A stretch of 64,000 nt of DNA, from NCBI GenBank assembly GCA_951406725.2, contig OX597833.1:16368001-16432000 (forward strand), in the 5' to 3' direction. Positions 1 through 13,214 of this stretch are shown here, piece by piece. Both the position numbers and the translations under genes were made by a program. Numbering within the stretch: the stretch's first letter is position 1; each line of letters starts with the position of its first letter. The DNA comes from Octopus vulgaris (Eukaryota). The notes under the pieces are model-generated. The model did no database searches and was not told where the DNA came from. It was given only the letters and a program-made list of their open reading frames with translations.

Positions 1-389
1 GAAAGAGAGCAACAAGAAGAATTAACATTTATCGAAACTTGCAGATCAAAGAAGAAGTGGCTGAGTCAAAATAATCTTTTTATCTTTTACGCGTTCCAGT
101 CACTGAATTGTAGACAGGGTTTGGTAGGGAGATGAAAAAAAAATCTGTCAGTGATTATCTTGTAAAGTCTGGTACTTATCCTATCACTCTCTTTTGTAAA
201 ACTGCTAACAGGGATGTAAACAAACCAACACTGGTTGGCAAGCAGTAAGTAGAGAACTAACACACACATAGATGTATCATCATCATTTAACAACTATTTT
301 TCCATGTCACCATAAATTGAACATGTTTGTTTGTGTGAGAGTTTGTGTACACATACACATATATATATATAACTATAAACAAAAATATA

Positions 390-614
390 CTTTCGTTAGC
401 ATATTTAATTTGCAATGCTCTGTGTTTCTTTCAATCAATTTTAAATATAACAAAGAATTTAGTAAAATAATTTAGTTATCATTAAGCTAGTGTTAGGAAC
501 ATAAATTGTGACTAAGGTTTGGAGGAAGATTGTAATTCAGAACTTATGGAAACAAGACATCTGTACTACAGAGCCAGAAGTGGTTTTAGCCAGGTTGGTA
601 TCGAAAGGGTTAAT
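390..614. mobile_element. piggyBac-like MITE (partial), same family as 6150-6628
   Basis: Reverse complement of the 6150-6628 copies; ends in AAAGGG-TTAA. Confidence 0.55.
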
Positions 615-637
615 TGAAAAACAATGTGAATAAATGA

Positions 638-960
638 AGGCACGTGGTTTGGTGGTTAGGGTATTCAGCTCAGAATCATATGGTCATGAGTTCAATTCCT
701 GGCTATGCATTGTGTCCTAGAGCAAAACATTTTTTTCCCTTTCACTCCAGTCCGCTCAGCTGGCAAAAATGAGTAGTACCTGTATTTCAAAGGGCCAGCC
801 TTGTCATACTCTGTGTCACACTGAATTTCCCTGAGAACTACGTTAAGGGTACATGTATCTGTGGAGTACTGCTCAGCCACTTGCACATTAATTTCAAAAG
901 CAGGCTGTTCTGTTGATCGGATCAACTGGAACCCACGTCATTGTAACCCATGGAGTGCCA
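638..960 (+). mobile_element. tRNA-derived SINE, family D
   Basis: A box tggtttggtggttag and B box gagttcaattcc; body matches 25358-25675 and 6940-7150. Confidence 0.75.
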
Positions 961-1039
961 GTTTACATTTAACAATAATCTGAATGCTAAAAGGTTAAAA
1001 CATGTTATATGGGCCCAACTTTACATAAAGAACCCAGTT

Positions 1040-1440
1040 TACTCCTTACTCTTGTTTCAGTCATTTGACTCTGGCCATGATGGAGCACCACCTTCAGTCA
1101 AACAAATCAAACCCAGGACTTACTCTTTGTAAGCCTAGTACTTATTCTATCGGTCTCTTTTTGCCAAACTGCCAAGTTAGAGGGATGTAAACACACCAGC
1201 ATCAGTTGTCAAGAGATGGAGGGGGGGACAAACACAAACAAATCGTCCAACCCATGCTAGCATGCAAAACGGACGTAAAACGATGATGATGATGATATAC
1301 ATACATACATACATACACACACGATGGCTTCTTTCAGTTTCTGTCTACCAGATCCACTTGTATAAAGTGCCACACAGTGGGACTGAACCCGGAACCATGT
1401 GGTTGCTAAGCAAACTACTTACCACACAGCCACTCCTGCA
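1040..1440 (-). mobile_element. SINE family A (internally rearranged)
   Basis: Matches the family A consensus (see 9386-9757). Confidence 0.8.
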
Positions 1441-1464
1441 GTGTTTTTCTTCTTTTTTTTTGAG

Positions 1465-1612
1465 ACTACAGTTATTACACATCATCTACGGAGTTTTGGT
1501 TCTGACACCTGGTTTTCTGATGGGACTTTGGAAAAATATAGCATCAAGAACTACCAAACATTGCATGAGTCATAGATTGATGATGAAGATTATGTCCAAC
1601 ACCCTTCACTAT
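1465..1612 (+). pseudogene. Possible MULE-type transposase relic
   Basis: Translates HLRSFGSDTWFSDGTLEKYSIKNYQTLHES*, resembling the W-x-x-DGTF...QLYTIH motif around the first catalytic Asp; one stop codon. Confidence 0.3.
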
Positions 1613-1879
1613 TAAAATACAGTGAGAAACCCATAACCTGACAGGACAATATTCCTTTAATCTTCAGGAGTATAACAGATTTCCTTAACTATACGTGTCA
1701 TGGTATGCGCATAGCTGTGTGGTTCAGGGGCTCACTTTGTAACCACATGGGTTAAAGTTCAGTCCTACTGCACAGCACATTGGATGTCTTCTTCTATAGC
1801 CATGGGTCAACCAATACCTTGTGAGCTAATTTCGTAGATAGAAACTATGTGGAAGCCTGTAGTGCGTGTGTCTATATAT

Positions 1880-2230
1880 ATCATCCTCATCATCGTTTAA
1901 CGTCCGCTTTTCATGCTAGCATGGGTTGGATGATTTTGACTGAGGACTGGTGAACCAGATGGCTGCACCAGGCTCCAATCTTGATCTGGCAGAGTTTCTA
2001 CAGCTGGATGCCCTTCCTAACGCCAACCAATCCGAGAGAGTAGTGGGTGCTTTTTACGTGTCACCGGCACGGGGCCAGTCAGGCGGTACTGGCAACAACC
2101 TCGTTCGAATCTTTTTACACAGGCCACCAGCACAGGTGCCAGTAAGGCGATGGTGGTAACGATCACGCTTGAATGGTGCCTTTTACGTGTCACCGACACA
2201 GAAGCCAGTTAGCCGCACTGGCAACAGCAC
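1880..2230 (-). mobile_element. SINE family C with (GAT)n tail
   Basis: Contains aggaagggcatccagc...tagaaac and ends in a TGA/GAT tail; also at 2340-2440, 2610-2860, 3730-3895, 4600-4750. Confidence 0.7.
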
Positions 2231-3529
2231 CCAACTGAATATCTTTCTGTATGGGACGTTGTGGACAGGAAGAGTAAATCCAATACTGATTAATTGGGTG
2301 AGGTAATTTTCTCTATGAATCTCTATCTCAAACTAGCACATCATCATCATCATTTAACGTCCGTTTTTCATGCTGGAAAGGGTTGGACGGTTTGAGTGAA
2401 AGTTGGTAAGCTGGAGAGCTGCACCAGGTTCCAGACACCTTTTCATCTTCCCTGCCATAGCTCTTCTATCACCATTACAGTTCTATTATAGATGAGAATT
2501 GTTAGTCTGACCATGGCAGACAGTCAAGAAGATTCTAGTAGGTATAAAACAAAAGCACAATCGCAGAACCATCTGTGGATGAAGAATGACTACAGGTATA
2601 CAGTAGTCGTCGTCATCATCAACCACCTTCCATGCTGGAATGAGTTGGACAGTTTGACAGGATCTGGCCAGGCAGGAGCCTGCACCAGACTTGTGTGTTT
2701 TGGAACAGTTTTTACAGCTGGATGCCCATCCTAACACCAACCACTCTACAGCATGGACCGAGTGCTTTTTATGTGGCACAAGCACAAGCAAGGTTTGTTT
2801 TGGCATGCTTTAACAGCTAGATGCCATTCCTAACACCAACCACCTAGCAGGATGGACAAGAGTAACATGTTCCCATGCTGGGAACCAAACCCAGGCCACA
2901 TGGGTGAAAGCCAGGAACCCTAACCATTAGTGCGGTATTAAAACAAAAAATACTGAGAGATAATATTTATCCCCACTTGAACGTGGATGTTCCATTAGAA
3001 CAAACAAAAACACCGCCTCTGTCATTAATATATATTTTATAACAAGAACACAAGCTCCAAATGCCAAGATTCCCAACAACCAGCAGAGTTTCTTTGTAGC
3101 AGTTTTGTAACTAGGAATGAAGTTGTTATAGTAATGACTGAAGGTACTTAGCTAAATTAACACTTCACCTACCGTGGGAGTTGCATTGGTGACACCCTGT
3201 GCTATATTCTTGATATACCATGGAGTCACCAGTAACCCCCAACGGTGATGTTTTCTTATAAAGCCCAAACATTACTTGGGGTTCAAATTACATTATTCAT
3301 AGACAATGTACGGAGCACAAAGTTTATTTGTATTTCTCAGATGGCTTTCAATTGAGATCAATAGGAGCTGAGATAGGACCTGGTAAGAAGGGGATAAATC
3401 ACGGTCATCTCCATCATGGGACTGCTGCCTTTCACAAAATAAAGTTTTATGAAAAGCAAACCATTAAAGCTTCCATAATATAATTTGACTTCTGTTGAGA
3501 GTATCATAAATAATCATCATTTAACATTC

Positions 3530-3731
3530 AAGGGGCTAAACACAGAGGGGACAAACGGATTAAGTCGATTACATCGACCCCCAGTGCATAACTGGTACTT
3601 ATTTAATTGACCCTGAAAGGATGAAAGGCAAAGTCAACCTCTGCAGAATTTGAACTCAGAACGTAATGGCAGACGAAATACGGCTACGCATTTCGCCCGG
3701 CGTGCTAACGTTTCTGCCAGCTTGCCGCCTT
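3530..3731 (-). mobile_element. SINE family B
   Basis: aaggcggcaagctggcagaaacgttagc...gagttcaaattc consensus. Confidence 0.75.
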
Positions 3732-4234
3732 AACATCCGTTGTCCATGCTGGCATTGGTTGGACAGTTTGACCAAAGTTGGCAAGCTGGGGATCTGCACC
3801 AGACTCCAGTCTGATTTGGCTTGGATTCTATGGCTGGATGCCCTTCCTAATGCCAACTACTTTACAAAGTGAGCTGGGTGCTTTTACATGGTGCCGCACA
3901 GGCACATACTAGAAATGTGATACACATACTAGAAATCAATGTGGCAGTTTACACAGTGAACTAAAACATATGATTAAAAAATTAAAAATCATATAATTTA
4001 CAACAAAATTAAGACTGCTGAGGCAAAAAAAAAAAAAAACATCCACATAAAATGGAACCTAGATCGATGAATGAGCCCACCAGAAAAGAATTTTCTGTTG
4101 TGGTATTTAAAACAATTTTCAGAAGATTTCACAAAGCCTTTTTTGAATATCACAACTGAATAAGTTGCCTAGTGATGGATCAGTTTTTAAAGCAACAATA
4201 AAATAATTTGGAAAATTCAAGAATAGTGTGTTAC

Positions 4235-4333
4235 CTGCAAGGCAGTTGACTTGGAGTAGACGACTTCTTCATCAACTCCAACTGCTGTAATAAGGACATC
4301 AATTTTAGATAGAGAATCTTCAGATGAAGCACT
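4235..4333 (-). CDS. SUPT16H: FACT complex subunit SPT16, exon 2
   Basis: ccttccAG|...|GTaa, 99 nt, phase 0/0; translates SASSEDSLSKIDVLITAVGVDEEVVYSKSTALQ, matching SPT16 (human ...[22 protein letters not shown]). Confidence 0.95.
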
Positions 4334-5524
4334 CTGGAAGGAGAAAAAAATAGAAAGAACTATCAAATAATGCACTGGAAAAACAGAGACAATACAATGA
4401 CACGGTTTTTTATGTCTGACATAGGTCGTGGGACTTCACCCTACATTATTCCTTGCTATGTTCAATGAACATTTTAACCACATACAAACACTTTTTTTTT
4501 TTTTAGTCTAACATATGTAGAGGGACTTAGCATAAACTTTTCCCATCTGACACGAGGTCAATTCCCCCAATGCTCCCTCCACTCTCAAATGATCTTTGTC
4601 TTGCAACTTACTTGGTGACCCACCTAGTGCTGGTGCCACATAAAAAGCAGCCAGTCCACAATCTAAAGTGGTTGGTACTTTGGAAAGGCATCCAGCTGTA
4701 AAAAACATGCCAAAAAAAATGACCCCCACCTCCTGTGTTGGTGCCATATAAAAATATAAATGGCTCACAATAATGAGGTAGTGAGTTTGATTCCTGGGCC
4801 AGGCTGTGCTGTGTTCTTGAGCAAGACACTTTATTTCACGTTACTCCAGTTCACTAATCTGTAGAAATGGGTTGCAGTGTAACTGGTACCAAGTTGTACT
4901 GGCCTTTACCTTTCCTTTGGATAACATCGGTGGCGTGGAGAAGGGAGGCTGGTATGCATGGGTGACTGCTGATCTTCCATAAACAACCTTGCACCGACTT
5001 GTACCTTGGAGGGTAACTTTCTACCTACAACCCCATGGTGATTCATGACCAAAGAGGGTCTTTACCTTTTATATACGACAGATGCAGGGTTGGCTATCAG
5101 GGAGCACAGCTGAAGCTATTAGATAAGGCGGTATTTCATCTACCGTTAAGTTTTGAGTTCAAATTCCGCCGAGATCAACTTTGCCTTTCATACTTTCGGG
5201 GGTCGATAAATTAAGTACCAGTTACACAGTGGGGTCGCTGTAATCAACTTAATCCATTTGTTTGTCCCCTTTATGTTTAGCCCCTCGGGTCCAGTCCAAC
5301 AACATGACACTTTAACCATCCGCATACCGACCAAAGCCTTACAAGTGGATTGGGTACATGGAAACTGAAAGAAGCCAGTCATGTTATGTGGGTGTGTGTG
5401 TGTTACTGTCTTCTTGCCATGACAACATGCGATGATTGTAAACTATTGTAACCATGCAAGCAATGTCCTTTCTTTCCAATCACCTGTGAAAACATGTCCG
5501 GTCACAAGGAAATATCACCTCACT

Positions 5525-5910
5525 AGGCACAGGAGTGGCTGTGTGTTAAGTAGCTTGCTTACCAACTACATGGTTCCGGGTTCAGTCCCACTGCGTGGCA
5601 TCTTGGGTAAGTGTCTTCTACTATAGCCTCGGGCCAACCAAAGCCTTGTGAGTGTATTTGGTAGACGGAAACTGAAAGAAGCCCTTGTATATATGTATAT
5701 ATATAAATATGTGTGTGTTTGTCCGCCCAACATCGCTTGACATCCGATGCTGGTGTGTTTACGTCCCCATAACTTAGCATTTCAGCAAAAGAGACCAATA
5801 GAATAAGTACTAGGCTTACAAAGAATAAGTCCTGGGGTCGGTTTGCTCGACTAAAAAGGTGGTGCTCCAGCATGGCCGCAGTCAAATGACTGCAGCAAGT
5901 AAAAGAATAA
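5525..5910 (+). mobile_element. SINE family A, full length
   Basis: tRNA-like head, CORE-like segment, (TA)/(TG) middle, gtaaaaga tail. Confidence 0.85.
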
Positions 5911-6149
5911 CTTGGAAGCAGGTGGGGGTGGATGACAGGAAAGATGCTCAACAGCAAAATCTGCCTCCACACATTCCATCTGACTCGTTCGACCGAGGAA
6001 AAGTTGATGTTAAACAATGTTTATGGCAATAACACACACACTGTGCGCAGAATATACATTAACTCTTTAGCATTTGACCCTCAACTTTCATTTCATACAC
6101 CCATTCATGCAACACTGAACAAAACACCTCATCATGATTTTACAGGTTT

Positions 6150-6628
6150 CTTAACTTTCATTACCAACCCGGCTGAAACCAGCTCTGGCTCTGCAGTACA
6201 AATGTCTTGTTTCCAAAAGTTCTGAATAAAAATCTTCCACCAAACCTTAGTCAACAATTTATGTTCCTAACACTAGCTGAATGATAACTAAGTTATTTTA
6301 CTAAATTCTTTGTTATATTTAAAATTAATTGAAAGAAACACAGAGCATCTCAACAGAAATACAGTAACAAAAGGGTTAAAATATATAATAGAGAAGCAAT
6401 TCTTAACCCTTTTGATAGCAACCCGGCTGAAACCGGTCTGGCTCTGGAGTACAAATGTCTTGTTTTCATAAGTTTGGAACTAAAATCTTCCACCAAACCT
6501 TAGTCACAATTTATGTTCCTAACACTAGCTGAATGATAAGGTATTTTACTAAATTCTTTGTTATATTTTAAAATAATTAAAAGAAACACAGATCATCTCA
6601 AAATAAATACAGTAATGGAAGGATTAAT
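6150..6628. mobile_element. Two tandem piggyBac-like MITEs (~225 bp each)
   Basis: TTAA-CCCT...AGGG-TTAA termini; 6150-6380 and 6403-6628 are near-identical. Confidence 0.6.
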
Positions 6629-7489
6629 ATGATACACATTGTATAGCTGCAGCCAGTTTTTCAAGCTGAGAGGATGTAAACTCCGTTTGTCTTCAACTTT
6701 TCTTTTTCTTTGCTCCCTGGCGAAGGATTGCATCTGAAACATCAGATATTCCACTCCTCACGGCAAGTTCACTGCACCCCTTTCACTTTTTTCTATATTT
6801 CTGCAAGTCTTGCCGGCACAGACCTACGCAAGACCCCTTGTAGTCTGCCTGATTATACACTATGTGTAGACAGGTTTTGACCATGAATGCTTATTTCATG
6901 AATCTGGTTGAGTGAGAGTTTGTGACCTGTCGCTGAAGGTGCAGGATTTAGTGATTAGGGTATTGGATTCATAACCAAAAGGCCTTGGGTTCAATTCCTG
7001 ACCGTGCATTATGTTATATCCCTGAGCAAGGCACTTAATTTCACATTGCTCCTGTCCACTCAGCTGACAAAAAGCGAGTTGTACCCTAATTCGAAGGGCT
7101 GGCCTTCACACATTTTGTGTCACAGTGAATCTCTCCAAGAACTACATTAACCCTTTAGCATTTAAACAGGCCACATCTATCTCAAATACTGTCTTCTGTT
7201 AAAACCAAGTCAGATCTGGTCTCTCACACTTAACTTACTATGTTATTCTAAAACTCACAGCTACAAGATAATGCAGGATTAATTGAAAACAACAGGAATA
7301 AATAACCATTATATTTGATAGAGTAGCCTGATGCTAAAAATTTAAGGGTACGCATGGCTGTTATACAATAATAATAAAGGACGTTACCGTATACATTTTT
7401 ACAAACCAAGGACGTTATATAGACCTTCTTGACTCAAGTTAGAGAAGGGGTGCATATTATACACAAAAAGAGGTAATTTCTACTCTTCT

Positions 7490-7675
7490 CCTCTGGAAGC
7501 CATCTACTCGCAATACCAGAGGGCGCACACTCTCCCACCCTGATGTAATCTCCAGGGATACAGGCATCCAGCAACAGGACCTCCGTAATGCCATGATGGA
7601 CCGTGAAGTCTGGCGTAGCATGGTAAATTCCATTGTCTCAACCACGGTCGAACAATGATGAATGATAATGATGAC
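7490..7675 (+). mobile_element. RTE LINE 3' end, inserted in a pogo/Tigger-like MITE (7385-7768)
   Basis: LLWKPSTRNTRGRTLSHPDVISRDTG...DREVWR plus (GAT)n tail, same as 38115-38610; outer termini TACCGTA...TACGGTA. Confidence 0.65.
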
Positions 7676-8680
7676 ACAAGGTTTAGGCTTTTCAGAGGTA
7701 TAGCCCCCTAAAAATCCCCTGCGTATTATTATACTCAAGGGCGGACTATACTCGAGGATTTACGGTATTGGTAGTTATATTTTCTGAATGGCACTGTGAT
7801 ACTAATCAGGGAACAGGCAATTACTCAACGCTACAACACGGAAAAAACACACGAGACATTTAAATTATGACACGGATTAAAAGCCATAACGTCGTTTTTA
7901 AAAGGAACGTTGCAATGGAAAATACCAAAATATTACCAAATGTATCTTTTATCAAGTTTCGTCTTTTACCGTTATGCTTGCTTCAGTCATTGGACTACGG
8001 CCATGCTGAGACGCCGCTTTGAAGGGCTTTAGTCGAACAAATCAACCCCAGTAATTCTAACTTCTTTGAAGTCTGGTACTTATTCTGGCGAAAGTAAAGA
8101 ATACAAACACACGGTGTTTAGGGAAAGGATTAGGGTTTTTGCTACGCCGAAAACGGGTAGTGTACGTATTCTTTACCTCCACCCTTATTCTATCGGTCTC
8201 TTTTGCCGAACATCTAAGCTACGGAAAGGTAAACAAACACGCGCACGTACAAGACAAGCTTCCAAAGTTTCCAAATTCCTTCACAAGGCATGCATGATAG
8301 AAAACTTGCTCAAGGTGCCACGCGGTGGGACTGAACCATAAACTAGGGTGTTTGTAAAGCGAGCTTCTTAACCACACAGCCGTATCTGCGACTGTTGTGT
8401 ACGATTTCCTTCACATTTTTCATTCTTAAAAAAGCTCAACAAACATCATAGCCATTGTGATGGTTGACCAAAATGCTGCCCATCGACCAAAAACTCTTGA
8501 AACAAAGAACGTTATAAAATGTTCTTTAATCATTTGAGTTGATTAGGGTCTAAACCAAACAGGGGCAATTTTTTCGAGAAGCGGGCTCACGATCAGGCAA
8601 TTTAGGTGTGTCATTCAAAAACCACGCGGGCTACGGTTTGCACATTATTGATCTATTCAACACCTCACCAGCCGTATTTA

Positions 8681-9306
8681 AGTACTATTTAAGAAGAGTG
8701 GTCCCGGTGCGCGAACTCGCGTATCCGCGCAAGTTAGTCGTGACTCGTTGACCTATAATTTGTGTTTTTGTATTTTATTTACTTTACTCTTTTACTTGTT
8801 TCAGTCATTTGACTGTGGCCATGCTGGAGCACCGCCTTTAATCGAGCAACTCGACCACGGGGACTTATTCTTTTGTAAGCCCAGTATTTATTCTATCGGT
8901 CTCTCTTTTGCCGAACCGCTAAATAACGGGGACATAAACACACCAGCATCGGTTATCAAGCAATGCTAGGGGGACAAACACAGACACACATAAATATACA
9001 TATATACGATGGGCTTCTTTCAGTTTCCCTCTACCAAATCCACTCACAAGGCTTTGGTTGGCCCGAGGCTATAGTAGAAGACACTTGCCCAAGGTGCCAC
9101 GCAGTGGAACTGAACCCGGAACCATGTGGTTGGTAAACAAGGTACTTACCACACACTTTATTTAGAAAAATTATTTACTTTGTGTAAAAAAAAAAATTAT
9201 TTTGTTTTCTTCACTTTGCTAGGTAGTCGTTGTAGGATGGACTAGCTAGCGCGGATGCGCGACTACGCGAGTGCGCGCACCAGGATCACTCTTCTTAAAT
9301 AGTACC
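8681..9306. mobile_element. GG-ended MITE interrupted by a family A SINE (8780-9153, -)
   Basis: TIR (g)gtactatttaagaagagtg; 9-bp TSD ccgtattta/ccgtattca; uninterrupted copy at 21165-21439. Confidence 0.75.
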
Positions 9307-9385
9307 CCGTATTCATCGCCTCGACCCTCCCATTCTGAGAAAATTCCTCAGAGACAACATAAAATCCTTTCACACAAAACACGAA

Positions 9386-9757
9386 AGGCGCAGGAGTGGC
9401 TGTGTGGTAAGAAGCTTGCTAACCAACCACATGGTTCCGGGTTCAGTCCCACTGCGTGGCATCTTGGGCAAGTGTCTTCTGCTATAGCCCCGGGCCGACC
9501 AAAGCCTTGTGAGTGGATTTGGTAGACGGAAACTGAAAGAAGCCTGTCGTATATATGTATATGTATATATGTGTGTGTGTGTTTGTTCCCCTAGCATTGC
9601 CTGACAACCGATGCTGGTGTGTTTACGTCCCCGTCACTTAGCGGTTCGGCAAAAGAATAAGTCCCGGGGTCGATTTGCTCGACTAAAGGCCGTGCTCCAG
9701 CATGGCCGCACTCAAATGACTAAAACAAGTAAAAGAGAGTAAAAGAGAAAAAGAGAG
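9386..9757 (+). mobile_element. SINE family A, full length (tRNA-derived CORE-type SINE)
   Basis: A box tggctgtgtgg, B box ggttcagtccc, MIR-CORE-like cttgggcaagtgtc, (AGAGTAAA)n tail; more than 20 copies or fragments in the window. Confidence 0.88.
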
Positions 9758-10644
9758 TAAACAAATAAACCGGAAAAAGAAGCAGTTACTTCCCTTCTAT
9801 TTGCACTTTATTAATATTTATCACATGGCGAATCATTAAGGAAATGGAAACAATACTAAACAACGTTATAATTGCCTCCAATATCTTAACCCCGAGGTCA
9901 ATGTTTTCCCCAATGTTTTGTATCATGCCGCACTGATTTAAAAATAAAATGCGCCCTACAATGAAGGGAAATAGTATGTGTATGCGTGTTTTTATGTCCA
10001 GCTAGAAATGAAAACAATTTTATATTAAACTGAAGGTGTATTCAATACTTTTTTTTTATAGAGTACATATTATATATACTATTACATGCGTGATGATAGT
10101 GACTGCGAAGTTTCGGTTTGCTCGCCCTCATCGACTGCAGTTTGAAACTATTAGGTCAGTCACCACTCCTTCTGTAACAGTATTTCACAAACACACACAC
10201 ACATAAAGATTCAAAAGAGGATTTAATTAAAACTTTATTCGCTTATTCTCGCGCCTTATTCTTAGGTAACACTCTAGGTCAATTTTTCTCAAATTATCTG
10301 ACGTGGAGTACCAGCAGTCCACCACCACCACTACCCCGCCCAATATGCGAGGAACCGGGCATTCAATTTATACCGGAAACAATATATATAATAATTGCAG
10401 CGTGGAAGGTGTTTGTAAGCCATTTAAGAAACACACAAAATGTTGAAGTGAATCTAACGGCTTTTTGTGTGTTTCTTAAATGGCTTAGAAACACCTTCCA
10501 CGCTGCAATTGTTTTCGTTTCAGCAGACGATCTCAGATCAAGTCACTTGCTATGCAAGTACATCTCCGTAATATATATAATGAATATAATAAAAGCTGAC
10601 AATTTTTTGCTTTTTTTAATCTTATATTTATTTTGTAAACAAGT

Positions 10645-10866
10645 GGCCGATGTCAGTGCCGCCTAACTGGCTCCCGTGCCGGTGGCACATAAAAAGTACC
10701 CACTACACCCTCAGAATGGTTGGCATTAGGAAGGGCACCCAGCTGTAGAAACACTGCCAGATCAGACTGGAGCCTGGTGCGGCATCCTGGCTTGCCGGTC
10801 CCCAATCAAACCGTCCGTCCAACCCATGCCAACATGGAGATCGGACATTAAACGATGATGATGATG
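10645..10866 (+). mobile_element. SINE family C
   Basis: aggaagggcacccagctgtagaaac...(gat)n tail. Confidence 0.7.
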
Positions 10867-12593
10867 AAATAATACAATATTTCATAAGCATTTTATAATG
10901 TTTCTTTTCTGGAAACACGCCGCGTACCGGCAGCTGATGGCTCGCGGGCCGGCACCGGTCCGCGGACCACAGAGTAGCACTTCTCTAGATTACGTGCAAA
11001 ACCTTTTACTTCACCAAGCGAAGGACCTCCTCCTTCGAAGTCTCTTATTATTTTCCATATACAAAGCAGACAGACAAGTCACACATTTTTCGACACTTCT
11101 AAATCAAAGAGACTTTTATGAAACGTCGCCTCTACTTAACATAAATATTCTGTTTACAATGAGATCCGTGCTGATGCGAGTTAATCCCAATCCTTGGCTA
11201 CTAACTCGAGTCAAAATAGTCGGAATGATAATAAACCAACACTACCATTTTCACCATGTAAATATGCATGAGTTAAGTTTGAAAACTAACGATCGTTTAG
11301 CATAAAACTTTCATTCTTCAAAACTAGCAAATATCAACTTTCCCTTGTGGCCAACAACATAATCCTTACTTCTTTTTTTTTTTTTTTTTTTCTCCTTTCG
11401 ATTCTGACAGAAGTCATGAAAAATGCCGGTGAAAAGCAATTAGTAATTTTCAAAAAAAGTAAAGCGCAAACCTGTACGTATCGCGGGACTTTCTGAAATG
11501 CACATCCACCGAAAAAAAATCCACAAGCTTTTTTTGGGGTGGGAGGAGTATTTTTACAGTGCGGCTTGCATGACGATAGTGCCTGCTCTAACCAGGCGCC
11601 ATAACTGCTAGAAATAGCAGCCAAATTCTCCTAAATCGCTCACAAGCAACAACACTCTTAAATAATTGTGGATAATGTAGTCCTAGGTATGCAAAAACTT
11701 AGTCGGCGACAGCATCAAGTTATCACCATCGGAGACACGACACGGGGTATTCTTTCGATATAACTCGACAAAATCAAAACATTTCACTTCGGTGTATTTC
11801 CGTGGAAGCAAATGACAGTTCGATTCTGTTTTCTGCTGGGAAATTTGCGGATTTTACCTACACACCTGAAACAGGTCAGAACAAATATGCAAGGCTTATT
11901 AAGTACCAGTTACGCACTGGGGTCGATGTAATCGACTTAATCCGTTTGTCTGTCCTTGTTTGTCCCCTCTATGTTTAGCCCCTTGTGGGCAGTAAAGCAA
12001 TATATGCAAGGCTTTTTTCCTTCAAATTTAAAACGGGACATTTGCTGGCATAATTTCGTTATATCTATACCCCACAACCCATGGAAATACCCGAAGCGAA
12101 ATGTTTTGATTTTGTCGAGTTATATCGAAGGAATGCCATTCTTTGTAAGCCTAGTACTTATGCCGAACCGCCAAGTTACGGAGACGTAAACACACCAACA
12201 TCGGTTGTCAACAATGTGAGTACAGAGAGATCTTGGGAAAACGATGACTATCAGGTGTTTGTATTTTGTTTAAATCGACCACACGACATTTGTACTTAGC
12301 TTTGCATGCCGCAGTTATATTTCGTTAACAGGCGTGGCTTTGTGGTAAGAAGCTTGCTTCTTTCTCAACCACATGGTTCCGGGTTCAGTCCCACTACGTG
12401 GCGGCACCTTGGAAAAGTGTCTTTCTTCATAGTTCCGGATCGACTAATGAGTAGATTTGGTAAGCGGAAACTGTATGGAAATTTATGGAAACTGTATGGC
12501 ATTCGATATAACTCGACAAAATAAAAACAATTCACTTCGGGTATTTCCGTGGGTTGTGGTGTATAGATAGCTATAACGAAATTATGCCAGCAA

Positions 12594-13020
12594 GGCGATC
12601 TTTCGTCTCTAGTAGACCTTTCCGTCGATTTCCGTAAAATTTTTTTTTTTTTACATATGGGCTTGCGGGAACTTTTGAAGTAATATACATACATATACAC
12701 ATACACCGAGTAAAAATTTCAGTTATCTCTTTCTTTCACACATTACTCTGTCTCTTCACACACACTAACAGAAGCACTTCACTTACACAACATACTTTCT
12801 GTCACGCACACCCCATCAAACACACACACACACACACACACATGTACATCAATGCTTGCCATGCACGGTAACTTCAAAAGAACTTCCCTCGTCATACAAT
12901 CGCTTTCTCTTAGTCTCTTTCGCTCTCATTACTTCAAAAGTTCCCGCAAGCCCATATGTAAAAAAAAAAAAAATTTTTACGGAAATCGACGGAAAGGTCT
13001 ACTAGAGACGAAAGATTGCC
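12594..13020. mobile_element. GG-ended MITE (TIR ggcgatctttcgtctctagtagacc) nested in another foldback element (12499-13172)
   Basis: TIRs of ~85 bp; near-identical copy at 21498-21924. Confidence 0.8.
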
Positions 13021-13214
13021 TAAAAGCCTTGCATATTTGTTCTTACCCGTTTCATGTGTGTATGTAAAATCCGCAAATTTCCAAACAGGAAACAGAATCG
13101 AACTGTCATTTGCTTCCGCGGAAATACCCCGAAGTGAAATGTTTTGATTTTGTCGAGTTATATCGAATGCCAGAATGCCGATAGCTTTGCATGCCGCAGT
13201 TATATTTCGTAAAC

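Noticed and set aside
3335-3417. Intronic C/D snoRNA on the - strand (ATGATGG...CTGA)
   Set aside because: Imperfect C box, no terminal stem, and no recognisable rRNA or snRNA antisense element.
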